Below, piece after piece: positions 43,878 through 54,490 of a stretch of 64,000 nt of DNA; position 1 is the stretch's first letter; every line of letters begins with the position of its first letter. This DNA comes from Bacteroidales bacterium. Its GTDB lineage: Bacteria > Bacteroidota > Bacteroidia > Bacteroidales > UBA10428. Location: positions 9,149 to 73,148 of the forward strand of contig JBNKCO010000018.1 in assembly GCA_050287785.1 (NCBI GenBank), in the 5' to 3' direction. The position numbers and the translations under genes were made by a program. The notes below the pieces were generated by a model. That model saw only the letters and a list, made by a program, of their open reading frames with translations. It made no database searches and was not told where the DNA came from.

Positions 43878-46682
43878 ATGAGTAAGCTAGATTTTTTAGG
43901 AGCAATGGATCCTGCCCTAATCGATGATATTTACCGTCAATACAAGGAAAACCCTGAGTCTGTTAATAAGGAATGGCATAGTTTCTTTTCCGGTTTCGAA
44001 TTTGCCAGAAAAAATTATTCTGAGGAAGTTTCAGGACATATCGACAAGGAGTTTAATGTCATTAATTTTATTAATGCATTCCGAAAACGTGGACATCTAT
44101 TTACAGAAACAAACCCTGTTCGCACACGTCGAAAATACTTTCCTACTTTGGAAATTGAAAACTATGGACTGGAAGATAAAGACCTTAACACAGTATTTCA
44201 AGCAGGAAAAGAAATTGGCATTGGACCAGCTCCGCTTAAAGATATTATTTCTCTTTTAAACGAAACTTACAGAAGTAGTATTGGTTCTGAATTTTTATTT
44301 ATCCGACACCCCGAAAAAACCGTTTGGCTTCAACATAAAATTGAGAGCACAAAAAACAAGACTATTTTTCTACCAGAACAGAAAAAAGAGATCTATAAGT
44401 ACCTAAACAGAGCCTGTGGCTTTGAACAATTTATTCATAAAAAATTTATAGGTCAAAAAAGGTTTTCGCTTGAAGGTACAGAAACATTGATACCTGCTTT
44501 ACATTACATACTGGAAACAGGTTCAAATTCAGGAATTTCTGAATTTATTATTGGTATGCCACACAGGGGTAGATTAAACGTGCTTGCTAATATCATGAGA
44601 AAACCCTATGAAAATATTTTCCAGGAGTTTGTAGCTGAAGAGTATGAAGATAATATAGCACTTGGGGATGTTAAATATCATTTGGGTTATAGTAATAATT
44701 ACAAGCTTAGTAATGGTAATAATGTTGAAGTACATCTTGCCCCTAACCCATCGCATCTGGAAACAGTTGGACCAATAATCCAAGGCATTTCAAAAGCAAA
44801 ACTCGACCATAAGTATAAATCAAATTATTCTCAGCTACTTCCAATTTTAATACATGGCGACGCTGCAATTGCCGGACAAGGAGTTGTTTATGAAGTTGCC
44901 CAAATGATGTCTATTGAAGGCTACACAAATGGTGGCACAATTCACATTGTTATTAATAATCAGGTTGGATTCACAACAAATTACCTTGAAGCAAGAAGTA
45001 GCACCTATTGCACGGATGTAGCAAAGGTTACCAAATGTCCTATCTTCCATGTAAATGGCGACGATGTAGAGGCTCTTGTGCATATAATTAATATGGCAAT
45101 TGAATATCGACAGACTTTCCACACCGATGTTTTTATAGATATTCTTTCATACAGAAAATACGGACATAACGAAGGCGATGAGCCAAGATACACACAACCT
45201 ACACTTTACAAAGAAATTGCTAAGCATCCTAATCCACAAGATATTTATGGCACAAAGCTTATTAATGAAGGAATTTATACATCTCAGGAAATAGAGAACA
45301 TTAAAAACGGTTTTGAAGAGTTACTAGAAAACCAACTAGAGAACTCTAAAAAACTTGGCAAAGTTAAGATTCAGCGTTTCATGTTTGATTTATGGAAAAA
45401 TTATAGGTATGCCAATAATGAAGATTTCGAAAAAAGCTCTGAACCGGAAATATCTAAAGAACAACTTGTAAGAATAGGAAATAAGTTTTGTCATTTACCC
45501 GAAGACAAGAAATTTATACGAAAAACCATTCGGCTTGTCGAGGATAGAAAAAAAATGATTGTTGACAACAGCCTGGACTGGGCAATGGCTGAGCTATTGG
45601 CATATGCCACATTGGTTGATGAAGGTCACCCTGTACGCATAAGTGGACAAGACTCTATTCGAGGTACATTTGCTCATCGGCATGCAGAACATGTTATTGA
45701 AGACACAGATAAAAAATATTCTCCATTAAAATACATTTCTGATAATCAGGCCCCATTTTATGTTTTCAATTCACCATTAAACGAATATGGTGTTATGGGT
45801 TTTGAATATGGCTATTCACTTGCTCAGCCCAATGGACTAACAGTTTGGGAAGGGCAATTCGGAGATTTCCATAATGTTGCTCAGGTTATAATAGACCAAT
45901 ATGTTGCGTCGGCTGAAGAAAAGTGGGGAGTAATGAATGGTCTGGTTCTATACCTGCCACATGGTTTTGAAGGACAGGGACCTGAACACTCAAGCGCTCG
46001 CATAGAAAGATTCTTATCGCTTGCAGCACGAAACAACATGCAGATTGTTACCCCTACAACTCCCTCAAATTTCTACCATGTATTAAGAGAACATGTTCAT
46101 AGGAATTTCAGAGTTCCTCTAATTATTTTCACCCCAAAAAGTTTGCTGCGACATCCAAAATGCACTAGCACGCTTGACGAACTATCCAAAAATAAATTTC
46201 AGGAAGTAATAGACGATACTAATGTTGATGAAAAGGAAGTAAGAAGAATTGTTTTCTGTACAGGCAAAATATATTACGATTTGTTGGAAGAAAAAGAGAA
46301 ACACAATGCCCTTGATATTGCCCTTGTAAGAATTGAACAACTTCATCCGTTTCCCAATAAACAAGTAAAACAAATTCTTAGAAAGTATAAAAATTCAATG
46401 TTGAATCTTTGGATACAGGAAGAACCTTCGAATATGGGTGCATGGAGACATGTTAAACATCACTTTGAAGAAACAGAAATATACCCAATATGCAGACAAT
46501 CGAGCGGAAGCCCAGCTACCGGATTGTTTAAAATTCATCAGGTTCAGCAAAAAGAGATTATTTCAAAGGTATTCCGCGAATGTGTGTGCGAACTAAACAA
46601 AACCTACTGCGGATTGCAATGCATAGATGGTAGCCTCAGGAAACAAATACTTAAGCAATATAAATACTTTTCAGAAAAATAA
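43878..46682 (+). CDS. sucA: 2-oxoglutarate dehydrogenase E1 component
   Basis: 934 aa. N-terminus FLGAMDPALIDDIYRQYKENPESVNKEWHSFF. ThDP-enzyme core (RFSLEGTETLIP...GMPHRGRLNVLAN...HGDAAIAGQGVVYE). Confidence 0.9.
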   Translation: MSKLDFLGAMDPALIDDIYRQYKENPESVNKEWHSFFSGFEFARKNYSEEVSGHIDKEFNVINFINAFRKRGHLFTETNPVRTRRKYFPTLEIENYGLEDKDLNTVFQAGKEIGIGPAPLKDIISLLNETYRSSIGSEFLFIRHPEKTVWLQHKIESTKNKTIFLPEQKKEIYKYLNRACGFEQFIHKKFIGQKRFSLEGTETLIPALHYILETGSNSGISEFIIGMPHRGRLNVLANIMRKPYENIFQEFVAEEYEDNIALGDVKYHLGYSNNYKLSNGNNVEVHLAPNPSHLETVGPIIQGISKAKLDHKYKSNYSQLLPILIHGDAAIAGQGVVYEVAQMMSIEGYTNGGTIHIVINNQVGFTTNYLEARSSTYCTDVAKVTKCPIFHVNGDDVEALVHIINMAIEYRQTFHTDVFIDILSYRKYGHNEGDEPRYTQPTLYKEIAKHPNPQDIYGTKLINEGIYTSQEIENIKNGFEELLENQLENSKKLGKVKIQRFMFDLWKNYRYANNEDFEKSSEPEISKEQLVRIGNKFCHLPEDKKFIRKTIRLVEDRKKMIVDNSLDWAMAELLAYATLVDEGHPVRISGQDSIRGTFAHRHAEHVIEDTDKKYSPLKYISDNQAPFYVFNSPLNEYGVMGFEYGYSLAQPNGLTVWEGQFGDFHNVAQVIIDQYVASAEEKWGVMNGLVLYLPHGFEGQGPEHSSARIERFLSLAARNNMQIVTPTTPSNFYHVLREHVHRNFRVPLIIFTPKSLLRHPKCTSTLDELSKNKFQEVIDDTNVDEKEVRRIVFCTGKIYYDLLEEKEKHNALDIALVRIEQLHPFPNKQVKQILRKYKNSMLNLWIQEEPSNMGAWRHVKHHFEETEIYPICRQSSGSPATGLFKIHQVQQKEIISKVFRECVCELNKTYCGLQCIDGSLRKQILKQYKYFSEK

Positions 46683-46741
46683 TTTATTAGAACAATTGAA
46701 TTAGACCGGTGTTTATGTAGCACCCTGCAAATAAAACTAAA

Positions 46742-47983
46742 ATGGTTATAGAAATAAAAATACCTACTCCAGGAGAATCAATCACAGAAGTTGAGATTGC
46801 AACATGGTTTGTTGAAGATGGCGACTACGTTCAAAAAGACCAAGAATTAGCCGAGATTGAATCTGATAAGGCTACATTACCATTGCTCGCTGAAAAAGCC
46901 GGAAAAATTAAAATATTACTTTCTGAAACTGCAACTCCTATTGCAGTTGGAGCTGTGGCTTGTACAATTGATACCGATGCAAAAGCTCCTGCTAATATCG
47001 AAAGTAAGAAACCTGTTCAGGAACCGGTTGGTGAAGAAAAAACTATTGAAACGAAACACGAAGAAGAAAAAACTATTTCTGTTAGAAGTACTACTGAAGA
47101 AAAAGCAAAAATTACCCCCTTGGCTAAAAAGCTAATGGAAGAAAATAACCTTTCAGTAGATGATATAATAAACGGGCTAAGAAAAATTACTACTAAGGAA
47201 GTCAGACAAGTTATTGAATTTGCACCACAAGCAAGTCTCAAAAAAGAAGTGTCTCGTAATGAATCGCGGGAAAGAATGTCTTCCTTACGAAGAAAAATAA
47301 GCGAACGTTTAGTCGCGGTTAAAAATGAAACCGCAATGCTTACAACCTTCAACGAGATTGACATGTCGGCTGTTATAGAACTGCGAAAGAAACATCAAAA
47401 AGCCTTCATAGACCAACATGGAATTAAATTAGGATTTATGTCCTTTTTTACAAAAGCTGCCACAATAGCTCTTAATCACTTCCCAAAAATCAATTCTTAT
47501 ATAGACGGAGAAGAAATGGTTAGTCCAGACTTTAACGATGTTGGAATTGCAGTGCAAACCGACAAAGGACTTATGGTTCCTATTATAAGAAATGCTGAAA
47601 CCTTATCGCTAGCCGACATTGAGTTACAAATTGTTGAATTAGCAAAAAAAGCCCGCTCGTTTAAACTAAATCCACAAGAAATGACAGGCGGCACATTTAC
47701 TATCACGAATGGTGGTGTATTTGGTTCTTTACTCTCCACACCTATTTTAAATCCGCCCCAATCCGGCATTCTTGGTATGCACAATATTATAGAACGACCT
47801 ATTGCGATAAATGGGGAAGTTGTGGTTCGACCCATGATGTATGTGGCCTTGTCATATGATCATCGAATTGTAGATGGACGGGAATCGGTAGGCTTTTTAG
47901 TGAAACTTAAAGAGCTTATTGAGGCACCACATAAAATAGTTTTTGAAACTCAGGACCCCGAAAGATCATTGTTGGGAATTTAA
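46742..47983 (+). CDS. sucB: Dihydrolipoyllysine-residue succinyltransferase (E2)
   Basis: Lipoyl domain ([19 protein letters not shown]), E3-binding segment, and catalytic domain ending in [16 protein letters not shown]. Confidence 0.9.
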   Translation: MVIEIKIPTPGESITEVEIATWFVEDGDYVQKDQELAEIESDKATLPLLAEKAGKIKILLSETATPIAVGAVACTIDTDAKAPANIESKKPVQEPVGEEKTIETKHEEEKTISVRSTTEEKAKITPLAKKLMEENNLSVDDIINGLRKITTKEVRQVIEFAPQASLKKEVSRNESRERMSSLRRKISERLVAVKNETAMLTTFNEIDMSAVIELRKKHQKAFIDQHGIKLGFMSFFTKAATIALNHFPKINSYIDGEEMVSPDFNDVGIAVQTDKGLMVPIIRNAETLSLADIELQIVELAKKARSFKLNPQEMTGGTFTITNGGVFGSLLSTPILNPPQSGILGMHNIIERPIAINGEVVVRPMMYVALSYDHRIVDGRESVGFLVKLKELIEAPHKIVFETQDPERSLLGI

Positions 47984-48023
47984 AGAATTCGCCGTAACTT
48001 TAATTGGATCAAACACTTTTAAA

Positions 48024-49166
48024 ATGAGCGCGGCTGGGTATCTATTAAACAAACGGCTTGAATACAATCCATTTATTGAAGCTCCAATTAAAAACATTAT
48101 TGATGATTTTGAAGCCTCGTTAGCCTTTCACCGCACCTTAGCTGACTATGAACCTACACCTCTAGAAAATTTACCCATGCTTGCTCAGCATCTGGGTTTA
48201 GGAAGAATTCTGATTAAGAATGAAAGTTTGAGATTTGGTACTAGTACTTTAAAAGTTCTTGGAGTCTCTTTTGCAATAAACAAATCTCTTGAACAGAACA
48301 TTGGAAATAAAGGAGTCTGCACAGCAACTGATGGGAACCTTGGAAAAGTCATTGCATGGGTAGCAAAAAGGAAGGGTATTGATGCTGCTATATTTGTTCC
48401 AAATCACACCACTGCCAGTCAGATAAAATATATCGAAAACGAAGGTGCAAAAGTTATTGTTTGCAAAGGTGAATATAATGAAGCTTTGAAAGAAGCTAAC
48501 GCATATGCTACGAAAGAAAATTATATTCTTATTCAAGACACAGCGTTAAAACAATATTTTGAAATTCCAGCCTTAATTACTGCTGGATATTACACACAAA
48601 TGCATGAAATTTATGCAGAGACGAATTCTTTTAAAAATCCAAAGATTGATGTGATTTTTATCCAGTCCGGAGTAGGAAGCTGGCCTTCAGCGATTGTACA
48701 TTTTATTAGAAAGTATAAACAGAACCATCAAGTAAAAATAGTATATGTTGAGCCATATGAATCAGATTCGATATATGAATCGATTAAACGTTCTACTTTG
48801 GCAGCAACACGAAAGTCTCAAAAAACAATAATGACTGATTTAAACTCTAGTACTCCTTCTTCTCTGGTATTTGAAATTCTGAAAAATGGTGCCGATGCAT
48901 TCGAAATAATATCTGACAAGTACGCCATTGATGCAATCAAGTATTTAAATGCTCCACTACCAGGTGATCCCTATATTGGCGCTGGAGAATCTGGCTCCAC
49001 TGGTCTGGGAGGATTGTTGGCAATTGTGAATAACCATACAATAAGAGATTTAAAACAACACTTAAATCTTAATAAATCCAGCAACGTGTTACTATTTAAC
49101 ACAGAAATAGTTACAGACCCCATTCTTTTTGAGCAAATGATGGAGAAAAAAATAATCGATTTATAG
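48024..49166 (+). CDS. PLP-dependent diaminopropionate ammonia-lyase-like enzyme
   Basis: The track ORF starts at 47943 inside sucB, so the ATG at 48024 is more likely. Collinear resemblance to YgeX-type DAP ammonia-lyase (YEPTPLENL, IKNESLRFGTSTLKVLG, TATDGNLGKVIAW, QSGVGSWPSA, GAGESGSTGLGGL). Confidence 0.65.
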   Translation: MSAAGYLLNKRLEYNPFIEAPIKNIIDDFEASLAFHRTLADYEPTPLENLPMLAQHLGLGRILIKNESLRFGTSTLKVLGVSFAINKSLEQNIGNKGVCTATDGNLGKVIAWVAKRKGIDAAIFVPNHTTASQIKYIENEGAKVIVCKGEYNEALKEANAYATKENYILIQDTALKQYFEIPALITAGYYTQMHEIYAETNSFKNPKIDVIFIQSGVGSWPSAIVHFIRKYKQNHQVKIVYVEPYESDSIYESIKRSTLAATRKSQKTIMTDLNSSTPSSLVFEILKNGADAFEIISDKYAIDAIKYLNAPLPGDPYIGAGESGSTGLGGLLAIVNNHTIRDLKQHLNLNKSSNVLLFNTEIVTDPILFEQMMEKKIIDL

Positions 49167-49826
49167 AGAAAATTTTAATTTGGTACTCAGTATATGCCTA
49201 TCCCAAGGGTTATTGGCGAAAAACTCATGCTGAAATCGATAATACAATCCAACTTTAAACTTCTTATTAATTTTATAGGAGGCCCCAGCTGTTAAACGGT
49301 ACCGTCTCTCGCTAATAATAAATTCAGGTTTTCGCACAAAGAATAACTCGGAGGCAATAATTGGCCTGAGATCCCACTTTTTTCGGTAATAACTAGCAGA
49401 TATTTTATGTCTATGTTCATGGTAAGGAACATCTCCATATTCCCTTGTATTTAAGCCGACGTACTCTATTTGGTACATTGCACGATAAAGCAATCTGACA
49501 TGTTTTATTTTGTATTCAAACTGTCCATAAAGGCTAAAGCGATTAGCCAAATAGTTTCTGTCATTTAAATAAAATTTGTTCTGAAATCGGTATTTTGCAC
49601 CTACACTTAATTTTTTAATTACCGGATAGGAAAAATCAAGATCAAGTAAAGCACTCTTTAACAACGAACTATTTTGATACAACCTTATTTGGGGGGAAAC
49701 CTCAAAATCAACTTTATTAAAAACCTTGCCATCAAGAGTAGCTGTCCACCAAGTTTGAAAATCCTCTCTCTGTGCAGATATCGACAGTGAAAACAATGTT
49801 GCTATAAACAAAATTATTATTCTCAT
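49161..49826 (-). CDS. DUF2490-family outer-membrane beta-barrel protein
   Basis: Signal peptide plus SAQREDFQTWWTATLDGKV... with alternating strands. Ends ...STKLKFSL. Confidence 0.65.
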   Translation of the reverse strand: MRIIILFIATLFSLSISAQREDFQTWWTATLDGKVFNKVDFEVSPQIRLYQNSSLLKSALLDLDFSYPVIKKLSVGAKYRFQNKFYLNDRNYLANRFSLYGQFEYKIKHVRLLYRAMYQIEYVGLNTREYGDVPYHEHRHKISASYYRKKWDLRPIIASELFFVRKPEFIISERRYRLTAGASYKINKKFKVGLYYRFQHEFFANNPWDRHILSTKLKFSL

Positions 49827-49833
49827 AGAGCAA

Positions 49834-50262
49834 TCAATCTATGATGTTTATATCACCAACATCGAGAACTTGCTCTTTACCTGAAATATCTACTTTTATA
49901 AATACAGGTACCTTTTGATCTGTCATTTTATTGTCTATATTTTTCGACAAAGCATAAACGGTATATGCTCCTTCCTGTAGATAATTGAATTCAAATTTGC
50001 CATCCCAACCGGTTTCAAACTTATCTCCGTGAACTTCATCGTCTCCATAAATAAGAAATACATCAACTTCTTGAGCTGGGTATGGATCGCCTACTTTAAT
50101 AGTTAAATCTTTATTATACTCCTGTACAATTACAGTTCCTTTTATTGTGGACGTACCACCTTTCCCAGCCTCTGTCTCACATGAGGAAAATGACAAAACA
50201 AATATTACTCCAACAATTGTTTGAAAAATAGATTTAAGGTACAATAAATGAGACTTTTTCAT
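49834..50262 (-). CDS. Small lipoprotein with carboxypeptidase-regulatory-like beta-sandwich
   Basis: Lipobox (VLSFSSC). IKGTVIV...GWDGKFEFNYLQEGAYTVYA is typical of CarboxypepD_reg-like folds. Confidence 0.5.
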   Translation of the reverse strand: MKKSHLLYLKSIFQTIVGVIFVLSFSSCETEAGKGGTSTIKGTVIVQEYNKDLTIKVGDPYPAQEVDVFLIYGDDEVHGDKFETGWDGKFEFNYLQEGAYTVYALSKNIDNKMTDQKVPVFIKVDISGKEQVLDVGDINIID

Positions 50263-53200
50263 TATAAATAAGATTACTAGTTAGCATTCGTATAATATAT
50301 ATTCCTCCTGAAATATTCCCATCAGGAATCCAATCAAAAAAGTGTGTGCCAGAAGGCATATAACAGTCTTTTATAATTTTAACTACCCGACCATTAATGT
50401 CTACAATCTCAAGTCTGATATCTTGAGCAACTGAAAGATTTAGTTTTATAGTTGTGTAATCGGCGAAGCTATTGGGGAAAGCAGAAATACCGGCAATGGG
50501 GTCCGATTGTAATACAATATCCTGAACTCCGGAAAATGCAGAATTCTGCATACCTGGCGTTCCTCCCTTCTTCACTGCCACCCAACTTTCAGGCTGACCA
50601 TTATCAAGGTCCGGATTAATAAGTTCAAGTGTTGCCCCCGTTCCATTAGCTTCAATTGGCCATGGCAAATAGGGTAAATAATCAACAGCATCAACAACAG
50701 CTCCTTCTTTATTATATAGCCTTATCTCATCGCCCGTGCTACTTAAACCAAAATTAATATCGCCAACAACATTGAGTACATTTGGATAAACCTCTTTAAA
50801 TTTCTTAAGTTTTTTGCAAATTACTAAATAATCATTAGGTTCAATTATAGTTAAAGGTGGCATATAAAATCCCGAGTCGGAATTTAGCTCAGTAAATAAA
50901 TAGTCTTGAATATCAACAGTTGCATCGCTATTGTTGTATAGCTCAACCCAATCGCCGGCATCATATTCAACCGATGAATTATAGTTTATCTCATTAATTA
51001 CTATATCTATTTCTTCATCAGCAGCCTGTTCAAAAATAGCTTTAAAAGAAGTTGTTCCAGTAAACTCATGAGTAAAGGCTCTCTGGCTGTGATTTACTCC
51101 CCCCTCCCATTTAACAAACTTATATCCTGGTGCTGGAACAGCCTTAATATTTATTGGCACATCTTCAAAGTAGGTTCCCGAAAAAGGAAAATCTGTTAGG
51201 TTTAGCGTATTTAATTCTATTCTTCCATGTACCTTATTGGAAACATCTATTTTCACAAGGTGCTTATTCGGCAGGTTAAAAAATTCTTGAATATGTTTCC
51301 GCATGTATGTTGGCCGCAATGAGCACCAAGCATTCAAAACTTCCAATTCCCACAACCAACTATTGTATCCAATATTCCACCTTAGTCGGTGACTTTTCAT
51401 TTCCGAATCCAGCATATTCTGCAAGGAATCTGAATACGACTTAATTCTTGAAGGCAGAAAAGTAGTATTTATGTTATCTGCCATCTGATTAATAAAATTA
51501 TTCCTAAATCCTTCATTCGTTATTAACCGACGAAGCATTAGTGTAGACCAAGGTGGATTTGGCCAATCAGGACCATTTAAGGCCATAGCAAAATCTAATG
51601 AATTATGCGAATATGATTCTCTATCGTATAAACCCATTGCAAAGTCAGTATCATAAATAATATAACGCCATTTACTATTTGGATGTATAGTTCTCCAGTA
51701 TTTAATATTATTACTGGGCCAATCGGTGTTGTAGAAAAATATTTGCACTAATTGGTATTTTATATAATTATCAATATCTACTTCACCCTCAACATAACTA
51801 TATTTTTCTGCTGTACCCAAGGAGTAATTTTTATTAAGGAAATCAACAAGTTCAAGGTATTCTTTATTGTCTCCCTTAACTATTGCGCCATCACCTTCAA
51901 GAATTATTACGTCATCGGGATCAACATCATTATTTATTCCAATAAAGTGCTCATTTATTTTTTCACGTAAATGATAAATCCCCCAATAATCTCCATTTAC
52001 ATAGGCTGAAGTAGGCTGAAATCCTTGATAGTCAATCCCTAAATGTGAAGTTATTCCTGTTATTAAACCATCTCGAATCATTGTATACCCCCAGTCATTT
52101 CCAGAAGCTCGCATTACTAGCCCCTTATAACTTGAATATGGTTTTGACTTAAAGATTGGGTAATCATATTTATCTTTACCATACGATTTTTTCGCAAGCA
52201 TGGCAAAAGATTTTTGAGCCATTGCCCTAGACCATCCACCAAAAATCTTTCCGCCAACAACCTGATCAATTATTTTTGTTCCTGAAACATCGTACAACTC
52301 AAACTGAAAGGGATATTCCCAATCCATCCAAAAATTGGCTCCATAATAAGGTACGTTTGAATTTGCTCCAGGACCAAGCTCATACATTCCAGTATTATAA
52401 TCCCAAAGATTATCAGGATCTGTTGCAATACTTAGAATTGGTAATTCAGAATTTCTTTCCGTTAAATAGGTATTTGAATATATAGTTCCTGGTAAAAAAC
52501 CATCTTTTATAATCCGTGCTCTAACTATAGTATTAGAATCAATGGTTATGTCGGTTTCAAAATATGATGAATTCAACTGAGGTTCGCTACCATCAATAGT
52601 ATAAAATATAGAATCTCCAGTGGGTGAACTTAAAGTTAGAGTTACTCCACCTGGTTTATATCCTCCCGATTGACTGAAAATAACAATATCATTAGTTAAG
52701 CTGCTATGACCAACCGTGGGATTCTCACTACCTGGCGTAGGATGTAAAAAATATTGGAATCCATTGTTATTATTAAGCAATCTGCCATAAGATAGATCTG
52801 GTCCAATTACAACAGCTGCTATACTATCAACTACTTCTCCTCTTGCATTTGACAACAAAATGGTTTCTCCTTCAGAATTAATCTTAAAATTAGTATGTGG
52901 AGCCTTTGTTCCTTTTGTGAAGTATTTGTTAATGATTGGATTAGTAATTTGCGAACCTGTTCCAATGGTAAGTATTGGAAGAATTGAAAAATCGCTTGAT
53001 CCTTCACCATAATTATGAGCCTCTAATGAAAATAAGTTTTCCCCTTCTTTCAAAAGCCCAATGTGACTTGAAATGTCAAACAAATCTGGCTGACCTCCCA
53101 AATAGATTGCTGCTTCATGATAGGTATCAGCAGTCTGATTGTAGGCCACTGTTGAGCCGGCTGCACCGAGATTTACACGACCTACCTCAATTCCGTTTAT

Positions 53201-53773
53201 ATAGGCAACGAATGCATCATCATAATCAACATTTAAAAATAACTGTCTCAAGGAAGCAATTTCGTCTATATTAAAACTTTTTCGCAAGTATACAGACATC
53301 AACGGCGTGGCTAAAATTGTTGCATCGTCGTTATCTCCGTATCCAAATCCACTTTTACCAAGACTCCAATTAAAATCAAGGTAATCTTCTGTTTTCCAGT
53401 TTGGAGAAACAGTATCTGTTGGAATAATATATCGAAAGGTGTCTCCTTCATTAATTACTGTATGCCAAAAAACTTGTTCCTGTTTAATATCTCTTCCAGA
53501 AGCATATATAAGCAGATAACTCCCTGGAGGCATAATAATTTCCGGGAAAGTCCATTTTGAAATTTGCAGGACATCATCAGTAAGAGTCCAACCATCAAGG
53601 TTTACTTCAGAGCCACTCACATTCAAAAGTTCTATCCAATCAGGAAATTCATTGAAATCATCTTTACTTGTTGAATGATTAGAAGATTGAATCTCATTAA
53701 TTAAAACCTGTGATTTAGAATTTGCAGAAAACATAAAAAATAAACCTAACAAAACCCAAAAGCACTTATTCAT
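50234..53773 (-). CDS. CotH-family kinase-like protein with two lamin-tail (LTD) domains and a T9SS sorting domain
   Basis: LTD motifs VLINEIQSSN...DWIELLNVSGSEVNLDGWTLTD and IVINEINYNS...DWVELYNNSDATVDIQDY. CotH core (...IFFYNTDWPSNNIKYWR...). CTD (AFPNSFADYTTIKL...GGIYIIRMLT). Confidence 0.8.
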   Translation of the reverse strand: MNKCFWVLLGLFFMFSANSKSQVLINEIQSSNHSTSKDDFNEFPDWIELLNVSGSEVNLDGWTLTDDVLQISKWTFPEIIMPPGSYLLIYASGRDIKQEQVFWHTVINEGDTFRYIIPTDTVSPNWKTEDYLDFNWSLGKSGFGYGDNDDATILATPLMSVYLRKSFNIDEIASLRQLFLNVDYDDAFVAYINGIEVGRVNLGAAGSTVAYNQTADTYHEAAIYLGGQPDLFDISSHIGLLKEGENLFSLEAHNYGEGSSDFSILPILTIGTGSQITNPIINKYFTKGTKAPHTNFKINSEGETILLSNARGEVVDSIAAVVIGPDLSYGRLLNNNNGFQYFLHPTPGSENPTVGHSSLTNDIVIFSQSGGYKPGGVTLTLSSPTGDSIFYTIDGSEPQLNSSYFETDITIDSNTIVRARIIKDGFLPGTIYSNTYLTERNSELPILSIATDPDNLWDYNTGMYELGPGANSNVPYYGANFWMDWEYPFQFELYDVSGTKIIDQVVGGKIFGGWSRAMAQKSFAMLAKKSYGKDKYDYPIFKSKPYSSYKGLVMRASGNDWGYTMIRDGLITGITSHLGIDYQGFQPTSAYVNGDYWGIYHLREKINEHFIGINNDVDPDDVIILEGDGAIVKGDNKEYLELVDFLNKNYSLGTAEKYSYVEGEVDIDNYIKYQLVQIFFYNTDWPSNNIKYWRTIHPNSKWRYIIYDTDFAMGLYDRESYSHNSLDFAMALNGPDWPNPPWSTLMLRRLITNEGFRNNFINQMADNINTTFLPSRIKSYSDSLQNMLDSEMKSHRLRWNIGYNSWLWELEVLNAWCSLRPTYMRKHIQEFFNLPNKHLVKIDVSNKVHGRIELNTLNLTDFPFSGTYFEDVPINIKAVPAPGYKFVKWEGGVNHSQRAFTHEFTGTTSFKAIFEQAADEEIDIVINEINYNSSVEYDAGDWVELYNNSDATVDIQDYLFTELNSDSGFYMPPLTIIEPNDYLVICKKLKKFKEVYPNVLNVVGDINFGLSSTGDEIRLYNKEGAVVDAVDYLPYLPWPIEANGTGATLELINPDLDNGQPESWVAVKKGGTPGMQNSAFSGVQDIVLQSDPIAGISAFPNSFADYTTIKLNLSVAQDIRLEIVDINGRVVKIIKDCYMPSGTHFFDWIPDGNISGGIYIIRMLTSNLIYNEKVSFIVP

Positions 53774-54004
53774 ACCCCCCCTATATTACAAATATTAAAT
53801 TATCCTTAAATATATGACTATTTACGAAATTTTAATACTTTTGTTACTTTTTAAACTCGTCGAAATAACATAAATAAAGCTAACAGCACATTTAAATTTA
53901 GGCGTTTATACTCATTTTTTTGATTTAATTTAAGAGTAGCACGAATTTTGAGTAACATTTTTGGAAATAGACCGTAGATAAAGACAAAGTAAATTGATAA
54001 AATA

Positions 54005-54490
54005 ATGTGGGGGTGGATTAAAAACAAAATAGTAGAACCTATTAAGAGGGCTCTAAAAAATGGAATTTCTCATAAACGATTAGCTGTTTCTTTAGCATTA
54101 GGAATTACTATTGGACTAATACCTTTTTATGGGCTAACAACTATACTTGTTGGTGCTGTTGCTGTTGCATTAAGACTTGACTTTGTTATAATGCAGGCAA
54201 TTCATTATGTTGTTCATCCAATACAGATTGCTCTTTTTATACCTTTTTTCAAAGCAGGCAATGTTCTTTTCCCACTAAATAATGTTAATCTTACCTTTAA
54301 GGAATACATTGCTTATTTTAAATCTGATTTTTGGCTTGCATTTAGTGATTTATGGAAACTTAACTTATCGGCTATTGTTGTTTGGGCAATACTTGCAATT
54401 CCATTATCGTACATTTTATACTATACATTTTTCCACTCTATCAGGCGTTTCGTTCCTGTAAAAGTTCAAAAGCCTTTCTGTAAAGCATAA
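54005..54490 (+). CDS. DUF2062-family membrane protein
   Basis: ISHKRLAVSLALGITIGLIPFYGLTTILVGAVAVALRL... matches the DUF2062 pattern. Confidence 0.65.
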   Translation: MWGWIKNKIVEPIKRALKNGISHKRLAVSLALGITIGLIPFYGLTTILVGAVAVALRLDFVIMQAIHYVVHPIQIALFIPFFKAGNVLFPLNNVNLTFKEYIAYFKSDFWLAFSDLWKLNLSAIVVWAILAIPLSYILYYTFFHSIRRFVPVKVQKPFCKA

